Part shown: piece after piece, positions 46,501-55,494 of the stretch
Layout of the letters: every line of letters begins with the position of its first letter
Position numbering within the stretch: position 1 is the first letter of the stretch
Assembly (NCBI GenBank): GCA_016866995.1
Contig: VGKQ01000001.1
Location: 16,194-80,193 of the forward strand
Direction: 5' to 3'
DNA length: 64,000 bases
DNA from: Candidatus Pacearchaeota archaeon
GTDB taxonomy: Archaea; Nanobdellota; Nanobdellia; Pacearchaeales; GW2011-AR1
The notes under the pieces: generated by a model
Seen by the model: the letters and a program-made list of their open reading frames with translations, nothing else
Told to the model about the DNA's origin: nothing
Databases searched by the model: none
Program-made: the position numbers and the translations under genes

Positions 46501-47244
46501 ATGAACGAAAAACTGCTTGAAGAAATCGGGCTGACAAAAGGAGAAATTAGGGTTTATCTTACTCTGCTTAAGACAGGAGAAACAACTACCGGAAAGATAA
46601 TTGAAAATTCCGGATTGTCATCAGGAAAAATATATGAGATACTTGAAAAGCTGATTAAAAAAGGGCTTGTAAGTTTTATGATAAAAGAAAAAACAAAATA
46701 TTTTTCAGCAGCAAACCCCATAAGAATTCTTGACTATATGAATGAAAAAGAAAAAACAATAGAGCAGAAAAAAAGAGAGCTTAAAAAAGAACTTCCTTCT
46801 TTAATTGAACTGCAAAAAGCAGGAAAAGAAAAGCATGAAACAACTTTATTTAAGGGATTTAAAGGAATTCAAACAGCAATTTTTGAAGCACTTTCATATT
46901 TAAATAAAAATAATGAAATTTTGGCAATGGGAATAAGAAGCAGAAAAGAAGAGCAGTATAATCTATTGTGGCAAAGATGGCATAAAGAAAGAATAAGAAA
47001 AAAAATAATATGCAAAATGATGTTCTCAGAAAAAGGAGAGTATTATTCTTACTTCAGAAAAATGAAACTCACACAAATAAAAATAATTCAGGGATTAACT
47101 CCTTCTGCAATTGATATCATGGGAAACAGAATTTTGATTTTCACTTACGGAAAAGAGCCTTCCTGCCTTTTGATTTCAAACCCAGAAATAGCAGAATCTT
47201 TTAAAACTCTGTTCTATAGCTTATGGAAGATAGGAAAAAAATAA
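46501..47244 (+). CDS. TrmB-family transcriptional regulator
   Basis: LEEIGLTKGEIRVYLTLL, FKGFKGI, FYSLWK; paralog of 9830-10561. Confidence 0.9.
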   Translation: MNEKLLEEIGLTKGEIRVYLTLLKTGETTTGKIIENSGLSSGKIYEILEKLIKKGLVSFMIKEKTKYFSAANPIRILDYMNEKEKTIEQKKRELKKELPSLIELQKAGKEKHETTLFKGFKGIQTAIFEALSYLNKNNEILAMGIRSRKEEQYNLLWQRWHKERIRKKIICKMMFSEKGEYYSYFRKMKLTQIKIIQGLTPSAIDIMGNRILIFTYGKEPSCLLISNPEIAESFKTLFYSLWKIGKK

Positions 47245-47287
47245 AAAATAAACCTCAAAACTAAAATAAAAATAAAATTATAGCAAA

Positions 47288-48070
47288 ATGAAAATCATAA
47301 ATATAACAGACATAACTGAATATTTATATTGTCCGAGAAAAGTTTATCTCAAGCTTGTCAAGGGAATAAAAGCCCCCCCAAGCCAGAGAATGATTAATGG
47401 CATGCTCAGGCATAAAGTTTTTGACATTTTCAATAAAAATGAAAAAGCTCTTGTTTCTTCAATTAAAGAAAAAATGTCAAGTTCAGAAATAAAAAAATTA
47501 TATGACAATCTAATCAGCAATATAACTCAGGAAACAATCTTGTTAAATAAAAATCTTATTACCAAGTTTAATATAGACAATAAGGAATTTTCAATCTCAA
47601 TAAAGAAAACAACAGAGCCGGAAATTAATCTCAGAATTTCTGCAATAACAAATACAATTAATTCAGGATTTTTCGGGGCAGAATTATGGAGAAATCTGAA
47701 GCCAAAATATCTTACAGAATACAAAATTGAATCTTTTGAGCTTGGATTAAGGGGAAGAATAGACAGAATCAAATTTGAAGATGGAATTTTGCCAATAGAA
47801 CGAAAATCAAGAGAAAAAATTTTTGAATCAGACAAGATACAATTGGCAGGATATGCGTTATTGCTTGAAAAAGAGTTTTCAAGAAAAGTTGAGAAGGGAA
47901 TAATAGAAATTATGGGAAAAGAAGAGCAAGTTGAAATTACAGAAGAGCTGAAATCTCGAGTTTTAGAAATAGCAGAAAAAATAAGAAACTTAGTTGAACA
48001 AAATGCCTTTACTCCTTCAAGTTTTCAAAAATGCGAGAATTGCGAGTTTAAGCAAGATTGTGATGAATAA
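47288..48070 (+). CDS. cas4: Stand-alone Cas4-like RecB nuclease
   Basis: YLYCPR, GRID, IERK, QLAGY, CENCEFKQDC Fe-S cysteines. Confidence 0.85.
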   Translation: MKIINITDITEYLYCPRKVYLKLVKGIKAPPSQRMINGMLRHKVFDIFNKNEKALVSSIKEKMSSSEIKKLYDNLISNITQETILLNKNLITKFNIDNKEFSISIKKTTEPEINLRISAITNTINSGFFGAELWRNLKPKYLTEYKIESFELGLRGRIDRIKFEDGILPIERKSREKIFESDKIQLAGYALLLEKEFSRKVEKGIIEIMGKEEQVEITEELKSRVLEIAEKIRNLVEQNAFTPSSFQKCENCEFKQDCDE

Positions 48071-48163
48071 TCATAATATAATTCAGCGATTTAATATAAT
48101 TTATAACAGAAACCTTAATAAATACATCTTCTTTTAATAAAGAAGCAAAACAAGTAAATTAAA

Positions 48164-49930
48164 ATGAAAAAAATAGGTGTAATTTTATTTTTAATCTTGC
48201 TAGTTCTAATTCCGGTTGTTCTGGCAGACGAAAAAGTTGACAAGGCTTATTCATGCTTGGAAGGAAAAGTAAAAACAAAATGCTCATCTCTGAGTTCAGA
48301 AGAACAGGCATTCTCTCTTCTTGCTCTTTCTTATAATTCAGATATACAAAAAGAATGCAAGTCAGCCTTATTATCTTCAAGCAAGGACAATGTCTGCTGG
48401 CCTAAGTCAGGATGCAAATTGCGAGAAACATCTCTTGCCTTTCTTGCCCTTGAAAATATAAAAGCAGACACTTCTAAAATACAGGACTGGCTTCTAAACC
48501 AAACACAGGTTGCTTCTGATTTGCAATGGTTTTTGGAAATAGACAGCAAAGAAGCTTCAACATGCAAAATCAGCTATGATGACAGGAATTATACAGTCAC
48601 AATTCAGTCAGACAAAAAACTCTCATCAGGCGCAGGCTCATGCTTGACTCTAGCTTACAGTAATTACTGGCTTCAAATCAACCCAAGCTGTGTGAATAAA
48701 AAATTTTCAGTAACATGCGACAAGGATTTTGCAACAGCACTATTATACAAGAAAACAAATTCAGATGTCTGGTTTGTCTCATCCCAGACAGAATCAGAAT
48801 CAGCAGGAGGAATGGCAGAAGCAAAAGTTGAATCTTTATGCTTCAAGCAAAATAATGTCTGCGATTATGAAGGTAGTTTGTGGGCTACTCTTGCCATTTC
48901 AAAAAAACAGGACATAAATAAATTCCTTCCTTATATAATAGCTCTTGCTCCTGATAATGCAAAATACAACCCTTCTGCATTTTTCTATCTTCTCACTTCA
49001 AATGACGAATATCTTTCAAATGTTCGGGACTTGCAGACTCAAACAGGCTTCTGGGATTTAGGAGGTTATAATAAATTTTATGATACAGCCCTCTCTCTTC
49101 TTGCCCTTCAGCAGCTAAATGATGAACAGGCAGGCAAGGCAAAAGACTGGCTTCTTAATTCTCAGGATTCAGCAGGATGCTGGAGCAGTTTAAGAGATAC
49201 TGCTTTCTTGCTTTATGCAGCCTGGCCAAAAACACCCGCTTCTGTAACAACAACAGAAACAAACTGCGAGGATTTTGGAAAATTTTGCTGCTCAAATGAA
49301 GACTGCTCAGATGCAGGAGGAGAAATACTAAGCCAGTATTTTTGTGCAGGAATGAAAGTCTGTTGTTCAAAACAGCCTGTGCAAAAAACATGTGCACAGA
49401 AGCTTGGAATAATATGCAAAAGTGATGAGACATGCACAGGAAGTCTTGGCTCGTCTTCAGATTCCTCAAAATGTTGCATAAATGGGGATTGCGAGAAAAT
49501 AGCAGAAGAGCCCGAATGCGAGAAGCAGGGAAATAACTGCAGAAACAAGTGCCTTGATACAGAAGAAATAGATAATAGTCTGGATTGCAATTCAGGATTT
49601 TGCTGCAAGGTAAAACAAGAACAATCAAGTTCAGCATGGATATGGATTCTTATCATATTTATAATTCTCATAATTCTTGTGGTTCTGGCAATAATATTCA
49701 GAGACAAGCTAAGATTATGGCTTTTCAAGATGAAAAACAGAACTCAAAAAGGTTCTCAAGTAACTCAGACTCGTCCGCCTTTCCCTCCCCAGCCTCCGAG
49801 AATGATGCCTCGCCCGATGATGAGGCCAATGCCACGCCCAATGCCAATGCAGAAGCCAATAGAAAAAAAATCAAGAACAGATTCTGAATTGGACGAAACT
49901 CTCAAGAAGCTGAGAGAAATGAGCAAGTAA
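48164..49930 (+). CDS. Secreted/membrane-anchored protein with alpha/alpha-toroid (QW-like) repeats, Cys-rich repeats, TM and Pro-rich tail
   Basis: YDTALSLLAL, AKDWLLNSQDSAGCW, CC-rich repeats, TM, PRPMM tail. Confidence 0.75.
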   Translation: MKKIGVILFLILLVLIPVVLADEKVDKAYSCLEGKVKTKCSSLSSEEQAFSLLALSYNSDIQKECKSALLSSSKDNVCWPKSGCKLRETSLAFLALENIKADTSKIQDWLLNQTQVASDLQWFLEIDSKEASTCKISYDDRNYTVTIQSDKKLSSGAGSCLTLAYSNYWLQINPSCVNKKFSVTCDKDFATALLYKKTNSDVWFVSSQTESESAGGMAEAKVESLCFKQNNVCDYEGSLWATLAISKKQDINKFLPYIIALAPDNAKYNPSAFFYLLTSNDEYLSNVRDLQTQTGFWDLGGYNKFYDTALSLLALQQLNDEQAGKAKDWLLNSQDSAGCWSSLRDTAFLLYAAWPKTPASVTTTETNCEDFGKFCCSNEDCSDAGGEILSQYFCAGMKVCCSKQPVQKTCAQKLGIICKSDETCTGSLGSSSDSSKCCINGDCEKIAEEPECEKQGNNCRNKCLDTEEIDNSLDCNSGFCCKVKQEQSSSAWIWILIIFIILIILVVLAIIFRDKLRLWLFKMKNRTQKGSQVTQTRPPFPPQPPRMMPRPMMRPMPRPMPMQKPIEKKSRTDSELDETLKKLREMSK

Positions 49931-50135
49931 ATATACAAGTGCATAACATACTCTATTAATGTTCTATAATCTCAATTTCTTTTGAACAGATAACCTTCTT
50001 TTAATCTGCTAATAATTTATTAATGTCAGAAAAATAAACTTAAGTTAATTTTGCGATAATTTAGAAAGTTTGTATGTTCACTAATTTATAAGAGTGTATA
50101 AAAAACTTTATTAATCTCCATTTTCTATAAATTTA

Positions 50136-51389
50136 ATGAAAAGAGTATTATTAATCTTCTTGTTGCTTCTTCCAATAGCATCTGCAGTAAATCTTGACAT
50201 CAAGGAAAATTACAAGCCAGGAGAAACAATGATTTTCAGCATGGAAGCAAACTTCTTATCTCCAGTAACTCAGGAAAATATTTATTTCTATTCGAATAAT
50301 GTTCAGATTCCGCTTGTTTCAGATATAACTCAGATTAATGATAAATATTATATCTATGCCCTTCTTCCTGCCCTCGAGAGAAACTACACATTTACAGCAA
50401 AAAACCTGCATTATTTCGAGAACGGGTTTGAGAAAACAGGGAGCATTGAGAAAAATTTTTCTGTATCAGGAAATATAACTGACTTCTCTGTCAAGCCGGG
50501 GTTTATAGTTGCAAAAAACAATTTTTCCATGTCAGTTGAATCAAAAAGCCAGTCTCTTGTTGTTGTTGCAAAATTTCTAAATTCCACGCAGAGCATAAAT
50601 GTTCCTGCAGGACAGGAGAGAACAATATATTTTACAAAAACAGCCAACAATTTAATGTTTACAGAAATCTCACTTTCTGCCCTTAATACACAATATAAAA
50701 TTCCTGCAGCAATTTTATCTTCTTTTAATGATTCAGCTCCAGTAAATATTTCTCTGCAAGAATCATTTGAATTTTCAAAATATGAGTATAATTTCTCAGT
50801 AAACAAGAACAAAGAAGACATTTTCTCAATATACCTGAAAAATACAGGAAAAAATACAAGCATTACTATAAACTTCTCAGATGAACTTGAGGATGTTATG
50901 AAAATTTCTCCTGTTGAATTTGATGTTAAATCAGGAGAAAGAAAAAGGATTGAAATCACAATAAAATCCAGTCAAGAAGGAAGATTAAGAGGGATAATAA
51001 ATGCTTATTCTGAAGATTACTCGGCTTTATCATATATAATAATAAATTCTCTTGAAGAAAATGCCGCTCTTCCTGCAAGAGAAAATGAAACTTTTGAAGA
51101 AACCTGTGCATTTAAGGGAGGGGAGAAATGCGGCTCTGGAGAAAAATGCAGCGAGAAAACAGTAAATGCAAGCGACGGAGATTGCTGTCTCGCAACTTGC
51201 AAAGAAAAACAAAATTATACAAGCATAATAATAGGAATTATTTTAATACTTGCAGTCGGGGCTGGAATTTTTTTCATGTATAAAAGAGCAAAGGCAAAAC
51301 AAAATCCTGCTGATATTTTAAAAAAACAAGAAGAAAAATTTGAGGAAAGAATGTCAGGAGAGGTTCGGGATAGTTTGTCTAAATCTTAA
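50136..51389 (+). CDS. Cell-surface protein with Ig-like region, Cys-rich repeat and C-terminal TM
   Basis: Signal peptide, TCAFKGGEKC...CCLATC, TM plus basic tail. Confidence 0.72.
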   Translation: MKRVLLIFLLLLPIASAVNLDIKENYKPGETMIFSMEANFLSPVTQENIYFYSNNVQIPLVSDITQINDKYYIYALLPALERNYTFTAKNLHYFENGFEKTGSIEKNFSVSGNITDFSVKPGFIVAKNNFSMSVESKSQSLVVVAKFLNSTQSINVPAGQERTIYFTKTANNLMFTEISLSALNTQYKIPAAILSSFNDSAPVNISLQESFEFSKYEYNFSVNKNKEDIFSIYLKNTGKNTSITINFSDELEDVMKISPVEFDVKSGERKRIEITIKSSQEGRLRGIINAYSEDYSALSYIIINSLEENAALPARENETFEETCAFKGGEKCGSGEKCSEKTVNASDGDCCLATCKEKQNYTSIIIGIILILAVGAGIFFMYKRAKAKQNPADILKKQEEKFEERMSGEVRDSLSKS

Positions 51390-51572
51390 TTTAATTTAGA
51401 TAATTTTAATTAATTATCAAAACTATAAATGATAAAAATAATAATTATCTTTAATATTGTTTATTGTTGCATTTTGTAAAATCTTGTCACATAGCTTTAA
51501 TTCATTTTTAATTAATTCTTAATTAAACAAATAATATTTTAATTGTCATTAGAAAACTAATAAGAGATAAAA

Positions 51573-52016
51573 TTATTTCTTTTCTTCTTTATTTTCAGGC
51601 AGATTAATCTTAATTCCTTTTTCTTCAAGCTGATTTAAAATAATATTTTTCTCAAATATCATTGCTTTTGCAACAGCATCATACTCATGAAGCTTTCTTA
51701 TTATCTCATTAAATACTGAATTCAAATCATAATTGCTTATTCCCAGTTCTTGCGGCTTTATTATATCTATATGCGAGGGCATATATAAGAAAATTATTCT
51801 TGCAAGACTTGCAATATTTTCCGCCTCAATTTCAATTTCTGCAAAGCTCAGAAATAACGAATTCTCAATTTTTCTCGGTGAATTTATTTTTTTCTTGGTT
51901 ATTTTTATTCCCTTTTCTTTCCCTATTTTTCCCACAATTTCAGAGAGAGATTTCTTTACATAATTTGCAGGCCTTCCCATAACTTCCAGCATTATTATTG
52001 CATTTATTTTTTCCAT
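51573..52016 (-). CDS. Conserved archaeal hypothetical protein
   Basis: LEVMGRP, FAEIEIE, YMPSHIDIIKP, KLHEYD. Confidence 0.75.
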   Translation of the reverse strand: MEKINAIIMLEVMGRPANYVKKSLSEIVGKIGKEKGIKITKKKINSPRKIENSLFLSFAEIEIEAENIASLARIIFLYMPSHIDIIKPQELGISNYDLNSVFNEIIRKLHEYDAVAKAMIFEKNIILNQLEEKGIKINLPENKEEKK

Positions 52017-52074
52017 CTTATTCCGCAGACAGATTTATTCTTATTTTCTGCCAATTTATTTTTTCCATCTTATT
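52002..52074. repeat. 21-bp direct repeat (52002-52022, 52054-52074) enclosing 16-aa mini-ORF
   Basis: ATTTATTTTTTCCATCTTATT twice. Confidence 0.8.
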
Positions 52075-52789
52075 TTTTTATTATTTTTATTATTAGCATT
52101 ATAAAGAGCATTATGCAAAAACAAACAAAACAGTAGATTGCATACTCTTTTATATATTGTGTTTTTGACTTATAGCTTTTTATATCTTTTGGAATAAGCT
52201 TTATTATGCTTGTTTCTGTTATTATTGGAGTTGTATTTATATTGCTCTTTATATTTTCAGCACTAGTTTTTTTGCTTCTTGTCTCAATTTTCTCTGTTTT
52301 TTTAGTTTCAGAATTATTCTCAATTATAACTTCATTGTTTTCTTCACTAGTTTTATTTTCTTCTTTTTCGCAATTATTATCTTTTTCCTTGCTTGATTCT
52401 GCAAATATCCATTCTTCACATAACTGCCAGCTCCTGTTGTCATCTGCCTTGTCAGTTATTTCTGGAGTTTCGTCAATTTTCTCATTATCATTAAATAAAA
52501 CTAATTTTTGCTTTTCATTGGCAAGAAAAGAATAAGGAGTATTAACAATAAAAAATCCAGAAAAACTCCCGTTCAGGCTGATATTTTTTCCTCTAACATT
52601 CATTATTATCAAATTATTTAAGTTAAAATGACTTTCTGAATATAATTCAAGCCACTCATTTCCAGAATCAGTTCCAGCAGGATTTAACTCAACTTCGTTT
52701 ATTCTTATTGCAGATATCAAAGTAATATTAATAATTATAAATAAAAACAATAAAACAATTAAGAACAATAATATATTTGCTCTTTTCAT
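52070..52789 (-). CDS. Lamin-tail-domain (LTD) membrane protein
   Basis: IRINEVELNPAGTDSGNEWLELY; N- and C-terminal TM. Confidence 0.82.
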   Translation of the reverse strand: MKRANILLFLIVLLFLFIIINITLISAIRINEVELNPAGTDSGNEWLELYSESHFNLNNLIIMNVRGKNISLNGSFSGFFIVNTPYSFLANEKQKLVLFNDNEKIDETPEITDKADDNRSWQLCEEWIFAESSKEKDNNCEKEENKTSEENNEVIIENNSETKKTEKIETRSKKTSAENIKSNINTTPIITETSIIKLIPKDIKSYKSKTQYIKEYAIYCFVCFCIMLFIMLIIKIIKK

Positions 52790-52833
52790 TAATTAACAAG
52801 TCTTGCAATAAATAAATAGTTTTTGTTTATGCT

Positions 52834-53691
52834 TCAAATATTGCCTGTATGCACGTTTTTCATTCCAAGCTTTCTTGCAACTTCAGCAGCATGAATTACT
52901 GTCTCTGCAGGTGTTTCTTTCACATTTACAAGCTTATAGTGAGGAAAGAATGCTGAAAAATGCAGAGGAACATCATCAGAAAGATTAACTTTAATCCAAA
53001 AAACAATTTTTTTGATTTCAGAATCAGAATCATTTAATCCGGGAATAAGCAGATTTGTAATTTCAAGATGCTTTCCTGCTTTATGTATTATTTTAATTGT
53101 TTTTAGAACAGGCTGAATTCTTCCGCCACAAATTTTCTCGTAAAACTTATCATTTCCCTTTAAGTCTATATTAAAAGCATCAATAAAAGGAAGAAGCTGT
53201 TTTAATGGCTCTGGATTTATGTATCCGTTGCTTACCATTGCTGTTTTCATTCCCTCTTTTTTCGCAAGTTTTGCAATATCAAGCATGTACTCGTAAAAAA
53301 TTGTAGGCTCTGTGTAGGTAAATGATATTATCTTGCTGTTCACATTTTTTGCCATTTCAATTATTTCTTGTGGAGAAGCTTCTCTTATTTTCTCAATAAA
53401 CTTCTGTGAAATCTGCCAGTTCTGGCAGTGCTGGCATGATAAATTGCAGCCAAAAGTTGCAAGAGACAATGTTTTTGAACCAGGATAAAAATGATATAAT
53501 GGCTTTTTTTCAATAGGGTCAAGGGCAATTGAACACGGCTTTTCATAAACAAGAGAAAACAATTTTCCTGTTCTATTCTCTCTCACCTTGCATTTTCCCT
53601 TTTCCCCGTTTTTCAGTGTGCAGAAATGCGGGCATAACTCGCATTGAACAATCCCACTTCCAAGCTTTTTGTAGAATAAAGCTTCTTTCAT
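52834..53691 (-). CDS. amrS: AmmeMemoRadiSam-system radical SAM enzyme
   Basis: CELCPHFC, DPIEKKPLYHF, GCNLSCQHCQNWQISQ, TYTEP. Confidence 0.9.
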   Translation of the reverse strand: MKEALFYKKLGSGIVQCELCPHFCTLKNGEKGKCKVRENRTGKLFSLVYEKPCSIALDPIEKKPLYHFYPGSKTLSLATFGCNLSCQHCQNWQISQKFIEKIREASPQEIIEMAKNVNSKIISFTYTEPTIFYEYMLDIAKLAKKEGMKTAMVSNGYINPEPLKQLLPFIDAFNIDLKGNDKFYEKICGGRIQPVLKTIKIIHKAGKHLEITNLLIPGLNDSDSEIKKIVFWIKVNLSDDVPLHFSAFFPHYKLVNVKETPAETVIHAAEVARKLGMKNVHTGNI

Positions 53692-53740
53692 AAAAGAAGC
53701 AATTCAGCTTATCTTAAAAATTTAACTATAATACAGAATA

Positions 53741-54127
53741 CTATTCAAAAAACTGGGAAAATCTCTTTCCTTTTTCTTTCGCAAGCTCGAGAGAAACAAG
53801 AAAATTTTTCCCACTATTAATTAATTCAGAAGGAGAAAGAAAAAACCACCCTTCTCTGTTAAATCTCACAGCTATAACAGGCTCAAGCCCGAATATCTCA
53901 GAGAATATCATAAATTCTTCTATCTGTTTTTTTGTTATATACTTGCTTCTTTTCTTGCTTGCCTTGCACTCAACACAATATTTTTTCCCAATTTTCCCAG
54001 CAATCAAGTCGCATGATGTATTATCCATAACTCCAGAGCCAGCTACTCGAACAGCCCTGAAAGAGTTATCTATAAACATAGCATAAAGCTCGCGTTCAGC
54101 ATTCGCCCCTTTTTCCTTGTTACTCAT
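53741..54127 (-). CDS. hjc: Holliday junction resolvase Hjc
   Basis: KGANAEREL, RVAGSG, DLIAG, VECK. Confidence 0.92.
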   Translation of the reverse strand: MSNKEKGANAERELYAMFIDNSFRAVRVAGSGVMDNTSCDLIAGKIGKKYCVECKASKKRSKYITKKQIEEFMIFSEIFGLEPVIAVRFNREGWFFLSPSELINSGKNFLVSLELAKEKGKRFSQFFE

Positions 54128-54180
54128 AAATAAGTTTAGAATTAATAGTTTTTAATACTTTTTAATAAAGAAAAGTTAAA

Positions 54181-54558
54181 TTAGCCTCTTGTATCGGTTG
54201 TTTCTTCTTTTCTTCCTATTTGGCTGCAAGAATTCTCCAGAAAAAATATTACCTTCCTTTTTTTATCGTGTATTCTAAGACATGTATAATAACCTGTATA
54301 AAAATTTAACTCATACTTATCCGGAGATAAATTCTCCAATCCAAGATATTCGGCGCTTTGTACGGGCCTTAATCTAACTGCTACTGGCGGGTCTTTTCTC
54401 GTGAGAGAAATTGTAACATCCATTAAGAAGGGGTCTTCAACACTCCCACCACCCCTCAATCTAATCGGTAGTTCATCCAGAGCCTCCCTAGCAATTTTTT
54501 CCAAATTTTCATCAAAGACTCTTATATCTTCACGTAATTTTAAACTTTCAATTTGCAT
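54181..54558 (-). CDS. Hypothetical protein (125 aa)
   Basis: ORF with own TATA-like element. Confidence 0.55.
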   Translation of the reverse strand: MQIESLKLREDIRVFDENLEKIAREALDELPIRLRGGGSVEDPFLMDVTISLTRKDPPVAVRLRPVQSAEYLGLENLSPDKYELNFYTGYYTCLRIHDKKRKVIFFLENSCSQIGRKEETTDTRG

Positions 54559-54674
54559 TTCATTCCTATCAGAACTCTCTTTGCCTATCCCCCCTCAGTA
54601 TTTTCACTTTTATAAACCTTTCTTTTACCCCTCATAAAAAGTAGCTTAATCTCCTTTCTCTTTATTTCCCATTT

Positions 54675-55049
54675 TCAGCTTTTATATCCAAAAACTTTAT
54701 CATAATCTTTATGACTAAAGATATCCATAATAAATGTAATTATTTCTACTTGATTTCCATTTATTGTATAAACTAATCTCCATCTATCAGCAAGTTCAAT
54801 TCTCCAGACATTTTCAGCTTCATATTTTTTATCATATTTTTGTGGAATTCTAAATTTTGAAACTTGGTCTCCTGCAAAAGGATTTATTTTCAATAATTCT
54901 TTGATTCTGTTTATGCTCCTTAACAATGTTTGGTGAAAAGAGCTTTCAACTCCTTTTGATTTTTCCTCTCCAACAATTTTATTCAGTTCATCATAAACCT
55001 TTTCAGCTTCTTCTGATAATTTTACAACTACCTCTTTTCCATGATACAT
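54675..55049 (-). CDS. RelE/ParE-like toxin
   Basis: LKINPFAG, NVWRIEL, WRLVYTI, HKDYDKVFGY. Confidence 0.75.
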   Translation of the reverse strand: MYHGKEVVVKLSEEAEKVYDELNKIVGEEKSKGVESSFHQTLLRSINRIKELLKINPFAGDQVSKFRIPQKYDKKYEAENVWRIELADRWRLVYTINGNQVEIITFIMDIFSHKDYDKVFGYKS

Positions 55050-55050
55050 A

Positions 55051-55323
55051 TTATATCTCTCTTGCCTTTTCAATAGCCCTTTTTAATTTTTTTGAGGGAT
55101 TGTAAATCCATAATACGCCCTTATGCCCATCTATAATCATGCCTTTTTCTTCCAAATAAACGAGAACTAAATTAAGAGTTTGGTGCATAATTTTTACAGG
55201 TAATCTTCTCTTAATCTCTTCTCTATCAATAGCCAAGTCTGCTTCTTTCAAAACTTTTTCAATCATCAACACAGTCTTCAAACTTGGATAGTGAATTATC
55301 TTCATATGTTTATATATTTCCAT
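55051..55323 (-). CDS. wHTH putative antitoxin
   Basis: YPSLKTVLMIE...LVYLEEKGMI...WIYNP; directly upstream of toxin. Confidence 0.7.
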   Translation of the reverse strand: MEIYKHMKIIHYPSLKTVLMIEKVLKEADLAIDREEIKRRLPVKIMHQTLNLVLVYLEEKGMIIDGHKGVLWIYNPSKKLKRAIEKAREI

Positions 55324-55494
55324 ATTAATCTATATATAAACTTATATATAAATCTTTCTATTTTCATATTTTACTCCTGACAAAAAGTAGCTTAGTTTTT
55401 TATATTCAAGCTACTTTTTGTTATTATAAATAAAGAAAACCCCAATTAACCCCAATAAATTATTTATTTAATATAATCATAAAATTTTTGAAAA

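Noticed and set aside
49772-49860. Pro/Met-rich quasi-tandem repeat
   Set aside because: Low-complexity coding tail of the 588-aa membrane protein, not an independent element
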